Below, in pieces: positions 23,894 to 35,805 of a DNA stretch of 51,867 nucleotides (position 1 is the first letter of the stretch; each line of letters starts with the position of its first letter). The DNA is taken from assembly GCA_024137785.1 (NCBI GenBank), contig JAHRHZ010000027.1:226368-278234 (forward strand), in the 5' to 3' direction. The DNA is from Ginglymostoma cirratum (taxonomy: Eukaryota). The notes under the pieces are model-generated. The model had not been told where the DNA came from, did not search any database, and was given only the letters and a program-made list of their open reading frames with translations. The translations under genes were made by a program, and so were the position numbers.

Positions 23894-23980
23894 AAACCCT
23901 AACCCTAATGACAGCTCTAATCCTATCCCCAACCCTAATCCCAACCCCAAGCCCAACACTAACTCTCACCCTGACCCTAA
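23894..23980. repeat. Degenerate (CCCTAA)n telomere-like hexamer tract
   Basis: aaccctaaccctaa...aaccctaatcccaaccccaagcccaacactaactctcaccctgaccctaa, 6-bp period. Confidence 0.75.
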
Positions 23981-24620
23981 TATTGGGCAGCATTCAATTC
24001 AGTGAAAACATGAAACTCAAAATATTATGGCTTCAACATATTGAACCTGGGCACATTGAAGTAGCCAGTAAACCCGACACAAGATCCATTTATGCAGCAT
24101 TGCGAGGTTTCAGAACCCCAGAAACGCTAATTCTCATCTCCCTCTGAATTTTTGAGTTAAAATATTCTTTTCAGTTGCAGTCAAGTGGGACAAAGCACAT
24201 TTATACTCCCTGTATAAGGCCTGAAAAGTTGTAACAGATATCTGACAATTTATTCTCTTTTACTGCTCCATTTTAGTGTAAGGCTCTCTCCAACAGCTTT
24301 CCATTTGGGAATGAAACGATTAGCCAGCTAAAGGCTTGGAATCCGGCTATCAGCTACTGATAGAAAATATAGGCTCTGATTTCCACATTGACACATGCCC
24401 AGTGTCATTGCATTTGTCCTGATTTAGAGCCTTCCCGTGTTCTGTTATAATAGTAGACATGGGAATTCACATTACTGGGAGGCTGGAGAGACATGGACAG
24501 GTCGACACGTTTGGGATATTTGAACATACACACCCTGGATGAGATGTGGAAATGTTGGAAATAGGAACAGTGTTTAAATGCTGCTCAGGCAGTGTCTGAA
24601 TGTCTGCTTCTTTTCCACAG

Positions 24621-24947
24621 AACCTGTCTCTGTTCCTGTACTTAAATTTTTATCATCTCCACCAAATGCCTCATGTTCTGGAAGCTCATTGACAATCTCC
24701 TGTGAATCGGTCCACGGATCCCTCCCCATTCAGTACACATGGTATGAAAAGACCCTGTCTGAAGATTCAAAGATCTCTCACACCAGTAAACTGGATCTGC
24801 ATTGTCAATCCTTCACACAGCAACATCATCGATATTACTGCACAGCGTCAAATACTCAGGGAGAAGAATCCAGTGAAATTGTTAATGTTTCAGTCATCCA
24901 CAGATCAGAGGAGAACTGCAGTTATGTAGCACATATCAGCACCAGTG
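24621..24947 (+). CDS. Copy A exon 5: C2-type Ig domain 2 (FCRL-like)
   Basis: ttttccacag acceptor; EPVSVPVL...SCESVHGSLPIQYTWY...YYCTASN; donor G|GTAAGC; 327 nt, phase 1-1. Confidence 0.93.
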
Positions 24948-24980
24948 GTAAGCTATACTGTAAACAAACAATATAATTGC

Positions 24981-25080
24981 TGAGATAACAAGGTGTAGAG
25001 CTGGATGAGCACAGCAGGCCAAGCAGCATCAGAAGAGCAGGAAAGCTGATGTTTCAGTTCTGGACTCTTCTTCAGAAAAT
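24981..25080 (-). mobile_element. Short Penelope terminal-repeat element (family 1), degenerate hammerhead at 25048-25075
   Basis: gagataacaaggtgtagagctggatg...tgatgtttcagttctggactcttcttcagaaa. Confidence 0.8.
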
Positions 25081-25689
25081 TCAATATATCCATCAGTGGC
25101 ATGACGTTATGTTCCATGGTCATAGCACACAGTTACGTTATCCTCTACCCACAGAGGTAACAAATGACACGTGGAGGGTATTAGTCCTGGTCCTGCTGGT
25201 TCACAACTGGCCAACTTGTACAGATTCCGTCTTCTCCAGAATGGGATACACTGCCTCCAGAGTCTAAATCCTTCTCTCCCCACAATCAGGCAGCTGAGCC
25301 GCTCCTGGTGCCATGGATTTGGCTGTCACTACATTCTTCAGAGAACACATCTCCCCAGCAGTGTCCAAAAGGGAATGTCTATGGCAACAGGATACATTGC
25401 TGATTTGTCAAAGCAAAATCTTCCAGAAAGCTAGATGCGGGTTATATTCCTGCAGTCAGTCTGAAAAATTGCATCTGGGCAAATTTACAGTATCTGGTCT
25501 TTCAGTAGATCTGAGCAAGATCACTTAGTTGAATATTAAAAAGATTATAAAATATCCCAAAAATATGGATAACATTTGCAGACATTACAGTAACCCCTGA
25601 ACAGTAAAACGTGATTGCATTGACTGAGTCTAAAGCATTAACAGCCCTTTGTTGCTAAAGTTTCTTCACTCCTGCAATGCAGAAAATCA

Positions 25690-25950
25690 ATCTGTACAGC
25701 GCCAATTCCCACAGGCAGCAATGTGAAAATAACACGATAATTTACTTTTAATTGGGGGATAAATATTATTCAGGGCACTTGGAATACCTATACTCCTCTT
25801 CTTCAAGACAATGCCATGGGTCAAGCAGAGTTGGCAGATGTAGTCTCAGTTTAACATCTCATCGACGAAGGTAGCACTGCCAACACTGCAGCACTCCTTC
25901 ACCAACGCATTGAACCAATTGCATTCAGGTTTATGCTCAAGCCTTGGCCC
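25690..25950 (-). mobile_element. Old SINE relic (Deu-domain/SacSINE1-like)
   Basis: tctcagtttaacatctcatcgacgaaggtagcactgccaacactgcagcactcc resembles the reverse of the Deu-SINE core as recalled; needs a library search. Confidence 0.45.
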
Positions 25951-26242
25951 TGATGTAAGTAATTATAGGGGATGTCAGGATTGGAGTCCATTGATAGGCT
26001 CAAATAGGTAATGCTGTATTACCATCTGTAAGAAATGGGAAACAATTAGAAACTGCCATGAAAGATTAGTCACTGGCAGTTCAGAGTGGGATTGTTCTGG
26101 TAGTGGGGCTGTGGGGATGACACAGAGATTACACCTTCCAAATCCATTATATCAGCTAAAGCTTCCATTTGACAATGTTGCTGTTTTGGTTAACTAGAGT
26201 AAAAACGAGGTTAATCTGAAAGTTATTCATTTGTTTCAACAG

Positions 26243-26321
26243 GAGCTGATTACCGTTCTGAAACTTCATCAGTATCGGTGACAACTACAAATTCAAAAGT
26301 CATGCCTCAACTTGATATAAG
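26243..26321 (+). CDS. Copy A exon 6: Ser/Thr-rich stalk (GADYRSETSSVSVTTTNSKVMPQLDI)
   Basis: tttcaacag acceptor, AG|GTACAA donor; phase 1 in and phase 2 out, exactly bridging exon 5 to the TM exon. Confidence 0.75.
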
Positions 26322-26929
26322 GTACAATTATCACATCGTTAGGGTTTGACACCTTCCACATGAGTGATTAAATCCTCTTGAACAATGTCTTGTTAATCAT
26401 GAAGGAAATTATTTCTTATTTCTCAATGTAGATCCCAGAATGGAAATGGGGCCGGACTGACATCAGGCTGTAGCATTAGCTTCTTAACAAAGTGTGCTAT
26501 GTGCACTTATCAGTTTGGTGTGGAACTAATGGAAAAGTTGTTCTTATGTGGGTGAAAATGAGAAATTACATCAATAAATCTGCTCTGCCTTGGTGGTATC
26601 ACTTATGAGGAACATCTTGCAACTTTGGTCAAGTTTGCAGTGAGGAGGCCTTCTTCTTGATGGTATTCCCATTGAGGTGTGAAGAAATATCAGACACAGA
26701 ACACTGTAGGGGCACAGATAGAATCATAGAATCATACAACATGGAAACAGATTCTTAGATCCAACTCATCCACAGTGACCAGACAGCCCAATCTGACCCA
26801 GTCCCAATTGCCAGCAATTGGCCCATATCCCTACTAAACCCCACCTATTCATATACTCATCCAGATGCTTTTTAAATGCTGTTATGTATCACCTCACCCA
26901 AGTAAATCAAAATATAACATGAGTCCATA

Positions 26930-27620
26930 TTTGCCATGTTGGGATTGTTTAAAGACCTGCTGATGAGAGTTCAAGACTGGCATGTTTCAGTAAGGAGGAA
27001 GGATAAGATTGACAAAGTAAGGGACCCTTGCATCATGAGGGAGGTTGTGAATTTATTCAAAGGGAAAAAGAAGCTTATGTAAGGTCTAGCATTCTAAAAT
27101 TTGACAGGGTCCATGTGGAATATAAAGAAAGGAGGAAAGAACTCTAGGAGGGTATTAGGAGTGTAAGAATGGTCCATAGAATGACCTTGGACAGTAGGGT
27201 TAAAGAGAATCCCAAGTCATTCTGTAGATTAGTTAAAAACAAGAGGATAAGTGGGGAGAAGTTAGGAATACTCAACGATAAAGGAGGGAGCTTCCGCTTC
27301 GAGGCAAAGAATGTGTGTTACATCCTAAATGAGCATTTTGCATCAGTATTCACTCAGGAAAAGGATATGGAGGATAGAGAGATTTGTGTTGAGCATGCTC
27401 ATAATCTAGGGCATTTTGAGATCAAGAAAGAAATGGTGTTGAATCTCTTGATGATTCCACTAAAGTGGGTAAGTCCCCAGGGCCTAACGGTATGTACTCC
27501 AGGTTATTGAGAGAAGCAAGAGAGGAAATTTCAAGGGCCTCGACCAAGATCTTTATATCCTCACTAGCCACTGAAGAGGGCCTGGAGAATAGCTAATGAT
27601 GTTCCTCTGTTCAAGACGTT
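26930..27620 (+). mobile_element. CR1-type LINE internal fragment
   Basis: RVKENPKSF...ILNEHFASVFTQE motif. Confidence 0.85.
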
Positions 27621-28209
27621 TTCAGAAGATGTCCTGTCACCAACCTATTTGCTGGTTGTCTGGCCTGCTGACACCATTTGACAAGATTGTGCACGTAATA
27701 TCTGGAGCTAGGATATCAGTTTGATCTTGTGTAAACAGCAGATAGGTAACCAATATGCCTCTAGCAGGTGAAATTATGAATTGCAATCTCAGACTAAAGG
27801 GAACGATGTCAGACGTTGAGAACTGAAGTGTTGAAGTTACAAGGACAGGCAAAGTGCAGATTTTAACAGATACACACATAGAACCTTCAAAGAACATCAT
27901 CTTAAATGGACAGCTGCTGGTCTCCATGCACACCTTTGACAAAGGGAATTTACCTGTGAAGCACTTTGAGTTTTCCTGAGTTTGTGGAATGTTTTGTATC
28001 AATGCGCATTATCATTCCAATTCAAAACAAACTCGAGATTAAAATATATCGAAGGCAATGATCTGAGCGCTCACTAGAGAAGGCCGCCCGATTCCTGCCT
28101 GCAACAAGAATCGTTAAAATAAAATATTCAGTAAATCCACTGCTGCTGAGTGACGATTCCTGAGTGAGATGATTTACTTCTGGAAGCAAAGTTGTCTTGT
28201 TGCAATTTT

Positions 28210-28545
28210 ATGGGTCCTCGGTGAGACCATAGCTGGAGTATTACGCACAGTATTGGTCACTTTCCCTGAGGAAAAATGCACTTGCCTTAGAGAGAGTGCA
28301 ACAAAGGTTCACCAAATGAATTCCTGGGATGGAAGGATTATCCTCTGAAGAAAGATTAAATAAACCAGGATTATATTCTCTTTAGTTTCAAAAAATCTCA
28401 TACAGACACACAAAGTATTTCTAGGGTTCAACAGGGTAGATGTGGGAAGATGTTACTAATGGCTGTTGGGTTTAGAACAAAAGAAAACAATCTTAGAATA
28501 AGGGGCAGGCCATTTCAGACAGAGATAAGGAGGAATATTTTCACT
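28210..28545 (+). mobile_element. CR1-type LINE 3' fragment (old)
   Basis: ggtgagaccatagctggagtatt...ttagagagagtgcaacaaaggttcacc (RP.LEY..LERVQ.RFT). Confidence 0.7.
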
Positions 28546-29391
28546 TCAACTTTGATATTGACTAACCATTATAAATTGATGCTGCTGTTTCTGTTAGCGT
28601 TGCATTGCAATAACAATAAATGAAGAGATAAATCAGAAAGGTTTATCAGCATGATGACGTTAGAAATTTCTTATTTCAGATGATAATTTATCAGGACAGT
28701 TGGGTTTACACAATGTTGTTAGTTTCCTAACAAAGCTGCGATTTTTGTTGATAGGAATTGAAAATAAGAATTCAGTGCTTTGTGTTTGCCACCTCTCAGA
28801 GGTTTTCATTATCCATGTTGCTCCTTCACAATTCACCAAATCCCATGGAGTTGTACTCGTCACACTTCAACAATCATTGATCCTGTGCTTTCTGCAGTAT
28901 CACTACCAGGGACATTACATTCTCTGTCATCTTCTCCTCCTCCGTTCTCTCACGTTATCCATTATTCCCAATCTGAGAGGGTGAAAGGCAGTCTGGTTCC
29001 AGCTGGTTAAGACTTACCTGTTAGAAGGTGCAAGGAGCAGTGTGCGATGATGTCATTCTCAGTTCCTCGCTCACTGAAGACACATCTCATCATTGTAATA
29101 TTGCACAGGCCGCAGTGCCTCCCGCAAATATCGAACGACGTCTATTAATCCTTGTGTATATCATTGTGCTGAGCATTACAGGGTGTGCTTCTCAAACTTG
29201 TTTCATTAATCTTCATTGAAAGATCAAAATAAACTAAACTGAAATTTGTTTTTCATGCTTAAGTCTCTTATTGTGCTATTTTCCTTTACTTTAACATATT
29301 GAGATGACAGTGCAAACAGGGAATAATTGTTTAAAACGTGAAGTAGTCTTGTTTCCATCAAATAATTTTGTGTGTCTTCCCTTTTACACAG

Positions 29392-29482
29392 TTACGTTGC
29401 CTGGAATATGATACGATGGGTGCTCTTCACTCTCCTTGTGATTTCAGCTGTTTCAGTTACATTACACACTCGAAAACATAAG
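29392..29482 (+). CDS. Copy A exon 7: transmembrane segment with charged Arg (SYVAWNMIRWVLFTLLVISAVSVTLHTRKHK)
   Basis: cttttacacag acceptor (phase 2), hydrophobic run followed by basic RKHK, AAG|GTGAGG donor. Confidence 0.85.
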
Positions 29483-30390
29483 GTGAGGATTACAGACTCT
29501 ATAAGAACCATTTTGAGCACTTTGCAAATACTCCATCAATTATATCCCACTCCATAGGTGTTTGGAAACAGGGAACACAGTTTCATTATAAGGGATAGTC
29601 CTTTTAAGGACCAGAAGAGGAGGAATTTCCTCACTCAGAGGGGGTCAGACTTTGAATTCTCTTCCCCTGAGGACGATAGAAGCTGAATCATTGAGAAAGT
29701 TTCAGACAGAAATTGCTAGAATTCCAGGTACTAGAATTTCTAGTGAAGTGAAAAGATACGGGGAAATTTCAGTGATATAATGTTTAAGTAACCGATCAAC
29801 CATGATGTAGTTAAATTGTGGATTCTGCTTGAGGGCAGAATGCCAGTCTCCTGGGTACATTTTCTGTGTTTCTTTGACCAGATTTCAAACACATTATTCA
29901 GAGATATTTTAAACAATATGAACCTTTCATTGCTGTCTGGATGAAACAATGTTATTTGCAGAGAGTATGAATTTTTTTTCAAAATGTGTGTAATTTCGAT
30001 AAAATAAAGTAGATTACTTGTGGGCAGTGTCTGGCTTCTTGATCCTTATTGAAGCAGCATCCATCCAGAAATGATTGGATCCCTTAATCCAGAATACCTC
30101 TCAATCAATCAATTTTCACTTTATCACTGAAAGGACCTATCACATAATGTCTGCAGTCCCTGTCATGACATCAAGATATTTAAAGCGCTTGAAGTTCATT
30201 GGAGTTATTTGCAGTTCTTTAGATGCTCCATTCAGACATCATAAGACTCAATGCAGAATAATTTTGACAAATGACTGAAAGTCTCCCAAAATCAATGAAC
30301 GTTCTTCTAACAGAATGTATCCAATCTATTTTTATGACTTCAATATGTTCCATCTACTTTAAATTTCCTGGATTTATTTGCATTATGCAG

Positions 30391-30441
30391 GCGTCATGGC
30401 GGAGAATTTGTAAGCAGCTGAATAGCCAGACAATCTGTTGA
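30391..30441 (+). CDS. Copy A putative last exon: short cytoplasmic tail ASWRRICKQLNSQTIC*
   Basis: tttgcattatgcag acceptor, phase 0, AATAAA ~250 nt downstream. Alternative acceptors exist (~30461, ~31505). Confidence 0.5.
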   Translation, partial: ASWRRICKQLNSQTIC

Positions 30442-30687
30442 GAACATTTTTGTTTTTCAGACAGTATCCTGGCATTTTTCATCTTCCCCAGAACAAACAG
30501 CTAGAACTTTCCGTTAATCCATCACCTGACAGAAGATTAGGACTGTACGATGTTGGATTGTCAGTCAGAATGAACGAACCAAACTGTGGAAGATTGAGTT
30601 CATTCTGGGCAAGCGTGAATTCATCCACTTTGAATCTGAGAAAGACAAACCAGATCACTTCTCATTCATGAGATGGCATGAAGGAAT

Positions 30688-30693
30688 AATAAA
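30688..30693 (+). terminator. Candidate polyadenylation signal of copy A
   Basis: First AATAAA I found after the putative stop codon. Confidence 0.35.
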
Positions 30694-32834
30694 CCTCCGT
30701 GTGTCCACAAATCATAAAAATTAGTTGTGCAGACACAGAAACTAATGGAGAAAGTTAATGGAATGTTGGACTTTATTTCAAATAGAGAGGAAGTGATGTC
30801 TCAGTTATGTAGAGCCTACTGGAAATTCTGTTTTGGCAGCAAAACCCAGAAAAGAAATGCTCACCTGGGGAAGGATACAAGTATTTCTAAAATTCTGTTT
30901 CAAGGGGACATTGTTGACATTTGAAAAGGTGAATGAAATGTTGACCTTTATTCCAAGAAGATTGAAATTCAAAGCTGTAGATTTTGTATGGAGACATGGT
31001 GAGCCCCTGTTGAGATTTACAGAGATGAGATCATCGAGTATTGGGAAAGATTATAAAGTGGCATGGGCCCGTGACTGGAAAATGAGGGTGAGCGGAAGAT
31101 CAGTCCAATCTCATCCAATTGGTTGGTGCAACAGGCTCGAGGAGTCGAATGAGCTACTCCTGTGCTCGCTTTCTATCAAAGTTATCCAATGCAGAACCCT
31201 CTCGTCTTCTAGTCTAGTTATCAATCAGTCAAAATATGGAAAAGAAAGAATTGGGAAAGGGTAAAAGGGCATAGGTCCAGCGTACATTTGTATAAAATGA
31301 ATTTGATAGAGTAGCTATTTCAATCTATCTCTGCTGCCATTGTTCACCTTCTCAGCTGCAGGGAAACATTAACTACTTGTGACAAAGTGGCATTCAAATA
31401 CCAAATATTTTCATCCATATTTCAACGGCGATGCAGAGGGCTGTGTGATCTAGACACAGGTACAGTTTATCACAAGCTTCACCTCAAATTTTTTCCTTTT
31501 CCAGAATTTTGAACAGAGATAACATGTAAAATAAGGTACCATTCTCCATCTCAAGAAACCCAGCGTTTTTTTTTATTTCCCCAGTTACTGAATGGACACA
31601 TTTGAACAGAGTGGGAAATGAAAATTCTCTGCGACTTCAACATGGTCTGGAATTTCCCAATCTGATGGAATATGAATTTTTTTACCTCACTTTGAACATT
31701 TATTTTTCTAATTCTACAAAATGAAATTTTGTTATTTAATTATTTTGGCGATTACATTCGAGGACAAGAACCAAAATCTGAACCTCTGAGGTCTATATCT
31801 ACATCTGGTTAATGCTGATGCGTGTGCCAATGTGTTGTGCACAGTTAAACTCCTTGCTCAATGTTCTTTGATATAATTTGTGCCCAATAGAAGGTGAATC
31901 TTCAAGAAATGAGCAATTTGAATGATTTGTTCACTGGAAATCAGTGACACCAATGAATTGTTTTATTTTCACGTGGGATAGATCAATGTTCATTTTTAAC
32001 AGGAGAATGGGAGACCCTCCTGTATAAATAGGAAAGTGGGTGGAATTTTTTTCTCCCTGGAACAATGTGGGAAACAGCGAGAATTTGGGAAAATATGGCA
32101 AAAATGAGAAATCAGAGTCTCCTGTCAAGAAACAATTTTCTGATTATTCCTTTCAGTATTAAACTAAATGATCAGAATTTTGATATTGAGTGGCATTTGT
32201 GTCTCATTAAGAGGCAAACTTTCCAATTTATTGGATGATCTCATATACATGATCTCATCTCTGAAATCCCTTCCATTTCTCCTCCTCACCCTTCCCCACC
32301 TCCCCCCTGCCCTGCCAACCCGATCCCTGAAACTAGACAGTGCGAATTCACAACATGCAAATTACAGCAACGAACTGGCAGCTGCAACTTGTGGATCGAT
32401 TGTCTCAAACTTCACTGAAGGTTTGGTTAGTAATGTTTCCAGGATATATCAGGGAAGTCTGAGGGAAGCTATCAAGTCAAGACTTTTTGTTCGACAGCAT
32501 CGCTGAGGCAATGATTACAGTGAAAACAGGCGTTTTGAGATAAAAGGGACTGAGAGGGGACAAATAAGCAGTATAAGGTTTCTGCTAATCACAAGTACAT
32601 ACCTGAAGTCAGAATATGTACTTACAGTTAGAAAATGAGATCATGTTGTGATATGATTGGATAATATAATCACATGTACAAATTTGAATATGAGTAGATA
32701 ATAAACTTAATGTAGTATTGTGTACTAACTGGGAAAGCAAGTAAGGTTAGAAAGAGTTGTGGGTTGGTAAATGTGTAACTGCTCAATTGGAAATTATAAT
32801 TTGGAGAAAGTGTTGTTTGGAAGCTTGTTGTGTG

Positions 32835-32960
32835 TAAGAAGGGTCCAGACCCAAAACGTCAGCCTTCCTGCTCCTCTGATGCTGCTTGGCCTGCTGTGCT
32901 CATCCAGCTCTACACCTTGTTATCTCAGATTCTCCAGTATCTGCAGTTCCGACTATCTCT
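32835..32960 (+). mobile_element. Short Penelope terminal-repeat element (family 1)
   Basis: agaagggtccagacccaaaacgtcagccttcctgctcc...ctgcagttccgactatct. Confidence 0.8.
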
Positions 32961-33659
32961 ATTATATGTAAGAGTTGTTTTTGTTCTGAAGAATTGAGCT
33001 GTTCACCATTTTTGATGTGTATAGCCCTCATACATACATTAATAAATGTTTAAACAATGAAACCTGTCTGGTCTAAAGAGGGAAGAAAGTGTTAAAATCA
33101 GTTTTTCAGTGGGCTGTCCGTGAACATAGGACGCACCAGAGAGTCACATCTGCTGTGCTTTTCGCAAGGTCACTATCATTTTTGTCTCTACATGGGGAGG
33201 ATTTAGGACCAACAAGAGCTTTGCAAGTCTCAAAGACATGGGGTCTGACAGTAAATGAGGGCCATAATGGTTGTGTAAAGAGAATGAACAGAACAGGGGC
33301 ATGATAAAAGGTCATTGGGGTCACAGGGACTGCAACACAAAAGGAAGAGGGAACATTCTGCATCACTGGCAGAGCCTGCAAGTTACTCACACGTGTACAA
33401 GGTTGAAACCTCACAAGCTTTTGCCCAAAGTTAACCACACAGTAACTGTGCAACAATGTCTGACACCACTTGCAGAGTGGGGCAGAGTCAGCTCTTGTTT
33501 CTTTTCAGGAGTGGAGCTTCTTGTAGGGCAGCGTTGATTATGTAATGGGCAGCACTTTGTACAGCTTTTCTCAGCAGACCAAGAGGCACTTGGGGAGAAT
33601 GGACATGTGAACTGACCATTGTACACCTCCCAGGCTTTAATTGCACTGCACTCATTGAA

Positions 33660-33876
33660 TAGAATAGAATCTTGGAACCCCTGCAGTGCGGAAAGTGGTC
33701 ATTCACCCATCAAATCTACACTATCCGTCCGAAGAGCATCCCACCCAAACCTACACCACACTCTATCCTGTAACCACCAATTTCCTATGGTTAATCCCCC
33801 TCGTCTGCACATCCCTGGACACTACGAGGCAATTTGTGTGGCCAATCCACCGAAACTTCACATCTTTGGACTGCGT
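33660..33876 (-). mobile_element. V-SINE/HE1-like 3' fragment
   Basis: gtggccaatccaccgaaacttcacatctttggactg (reverse V-domain) with a CR1-like tail. Confidence 0.6.
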
Positions 33877-34179
33877 TGAGAAACTGCTAAATAGAATGAG
33901 CCTTTCCCTCCAGAGACATGGGAAACAGCGAGTCCATACACCAGCTCCCAAGGCGGCTGTAAGTGTACAATGGTGTGTACTACACCCCAGCACAATCACT
34001 GCACGTTATGTTCAGCCTCAGTATTGCCCACATTAAAGTGTAACTGCTCGGCTGCAGCCATCTGCCTCACATTTCAAGATCCTGTAACGCCTGGTGCTAT
34101 CCACAGTCAAAGTGTCAGTTGCTTGTGAGAAACGGGCAATTTGTGTCCATGACAATTCGTTTTACGCTTGGGTAGTCCC

Positions 34180-35180
34180 TCACTACCAACAATGTGGACT
34201 TACCATTGACCAGAAAATGAACTGGACTCACCATATGATTACAGTGGCGACAAGAGCAGCTCAGAATTTCGGAATACTGCAGCAAGTAACTGACCTCCTG
34301 ACTCCGCACAGACTGTCCCCCAGGACACAAGAGAGGAGTGTGATGGAATACTCCGCACTTGACTGTATGAGTGCAGCTTCAACAACATTCCAGAAGTTAG
34401 ACATCATCCAGAGCAAAGCAGCCTGCTTGACTGACACTACATGCACAAATATCCATTCCCTCCATGAATACCACCCCGCAGCAGCAGTATGTACCATCCG
34501 CCAGATGCACTGCATATATATACCAAGGTAGCGCCTTCCAAACTCGTGACCACTTCCATCCGGGAGGACAATGCGTTATATACATGGAAAAACAACACCT
34601 ATAAAACCCCCTCCAAATCTCTAACTTTCCTGATTTGGAAATACATCACTGTTCATTCACTGCTCCTGAGTGCAAATTCCCTCCCATGTGGCACTGTGTG
34701 CCCACGTACGACACATGAACTGCAGTGGTTAAACATTGAAACAGAGAACCTGGAGTAGACCGTTTGACCTTCTAAGCCTGCTCTGCCATTCAATATTACC
34801 AAAGCTGATCATCAAATTCAACAGCCTGTTCCCACTTTTCCACCATAATGGTTGATCCCTTTATCCTGACATGCTATATCCAACTCCTCTTTGAATTGAA
34901 ACATTGTTTTGGCCTCAACCGTTTTCTGTGCTCGCGAATTCCACAAACTCACCAGTTTCTGGATGAAGAAATGTTTCATCATATTATTCATAAATGGTTA
35001 CACTGTACCCTTAGACTGCTGTCCCTGGTTCTGGGCTCCCCCATCATCAGGAAAATCCCTCCTACATCTACGCTGTTGAAACTTTCCAGGTTACTGTGAG
35101 ATCACCCTCATTCTTCTGAACTCCAGTGAATATAATCCTAACGGATTCAATCTCTCTTCATACATTTGTCACGCCATCCC
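34180..35180. mobile_element. Adjacent decayed LINE 3' fragments (+ 34180-34730, - 34745-35180)
   Basis: GLTIDQKMNWTHH...RSVMEYS on +; CR1-like 3' end on -. Confidence 0.7.
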
Positions 35181-35805
35181 AAGGGTCAGACTGGCAGAAA
35201 GAAAAATCAAGCAGCATGCCTCAATTTGCCCACGGAAGCAACATGTCTCTCCCTGGCCTTACACTTATCCCCAGAACAACAAAGGTATCTACATCAAGCT
35301 CTGACTTATTGATTTCAGCTCCACCTTCAACACTATAATTCCAACAAATCCATCTCCAAACTCCAGGACATAGGTCCCCCTTCCCCCCAGCTGTAACTGG
35401 ATACTTGACTTCCTGCCCATCAGACCACAGTCAGTAACGATAGGCAACATCACATCCCCCACAGTATTCCTCAACACCGGAGCACAGCAAGGCTGAGTAC
35501 ACAGCCCCCTATTGCAATCCTTACGCACACACAACTGCGTGACCAAATTGCAGACCAACTCCAATTACAGGTTTGCTGACAATACGACCATTCTACATGA
35601 GATCTCAAAGGGAACAAGGCAGAGAACAGGAAGGAGGCAACGTTCTTAATGTCTTGGTGTAAAGACAAAATAATGTCTTCAACAAAGACAACAAATGGAT
35701 GGAACTGAGATAGTCGGCACTGCCGATGCAGGAGAATCTGAGATAAAACGTTGTGGAGCTGGATGAAAACAACAGGCCAAGCAGCATCGGAGGAGCAGGA
35801 AAGTT

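Larger units (their letters stand above)
11426..30441 (+). pseudogene. Ig-superfamily receptor copy A (leader-V-C2-V-C2-stalk-TM-short tail; CD300/pIgR-like V plus FCRL-like C2) with premature stop at codon 18
   Basis: 8 exons with GT-AG sites and compatible phases (37+321+324+309+327+79+91+51=1539 nt). In-frame TGA at 14383-14385 where copy B has TGG. Confidence 0.8.

Noticed and set aside
23693-24147. (LG)n and (PT/LT)n ORFs
   Set aside because: Translations of the hexamer repeat.
11426-30441. Naming the gene PIGR, CD300A or FCRL
   Set aside because: Domain architecture matches none of them; orthology needs phylogeny and synteny.
31490-31600. Two strong acceptor-like polypyrimidine-AG sites as further cytoplasmic exons
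   Set aside because: The 31-nt candidate exon has stops in all three frames and no ITIM-like content; cannot be supported without transcripts.
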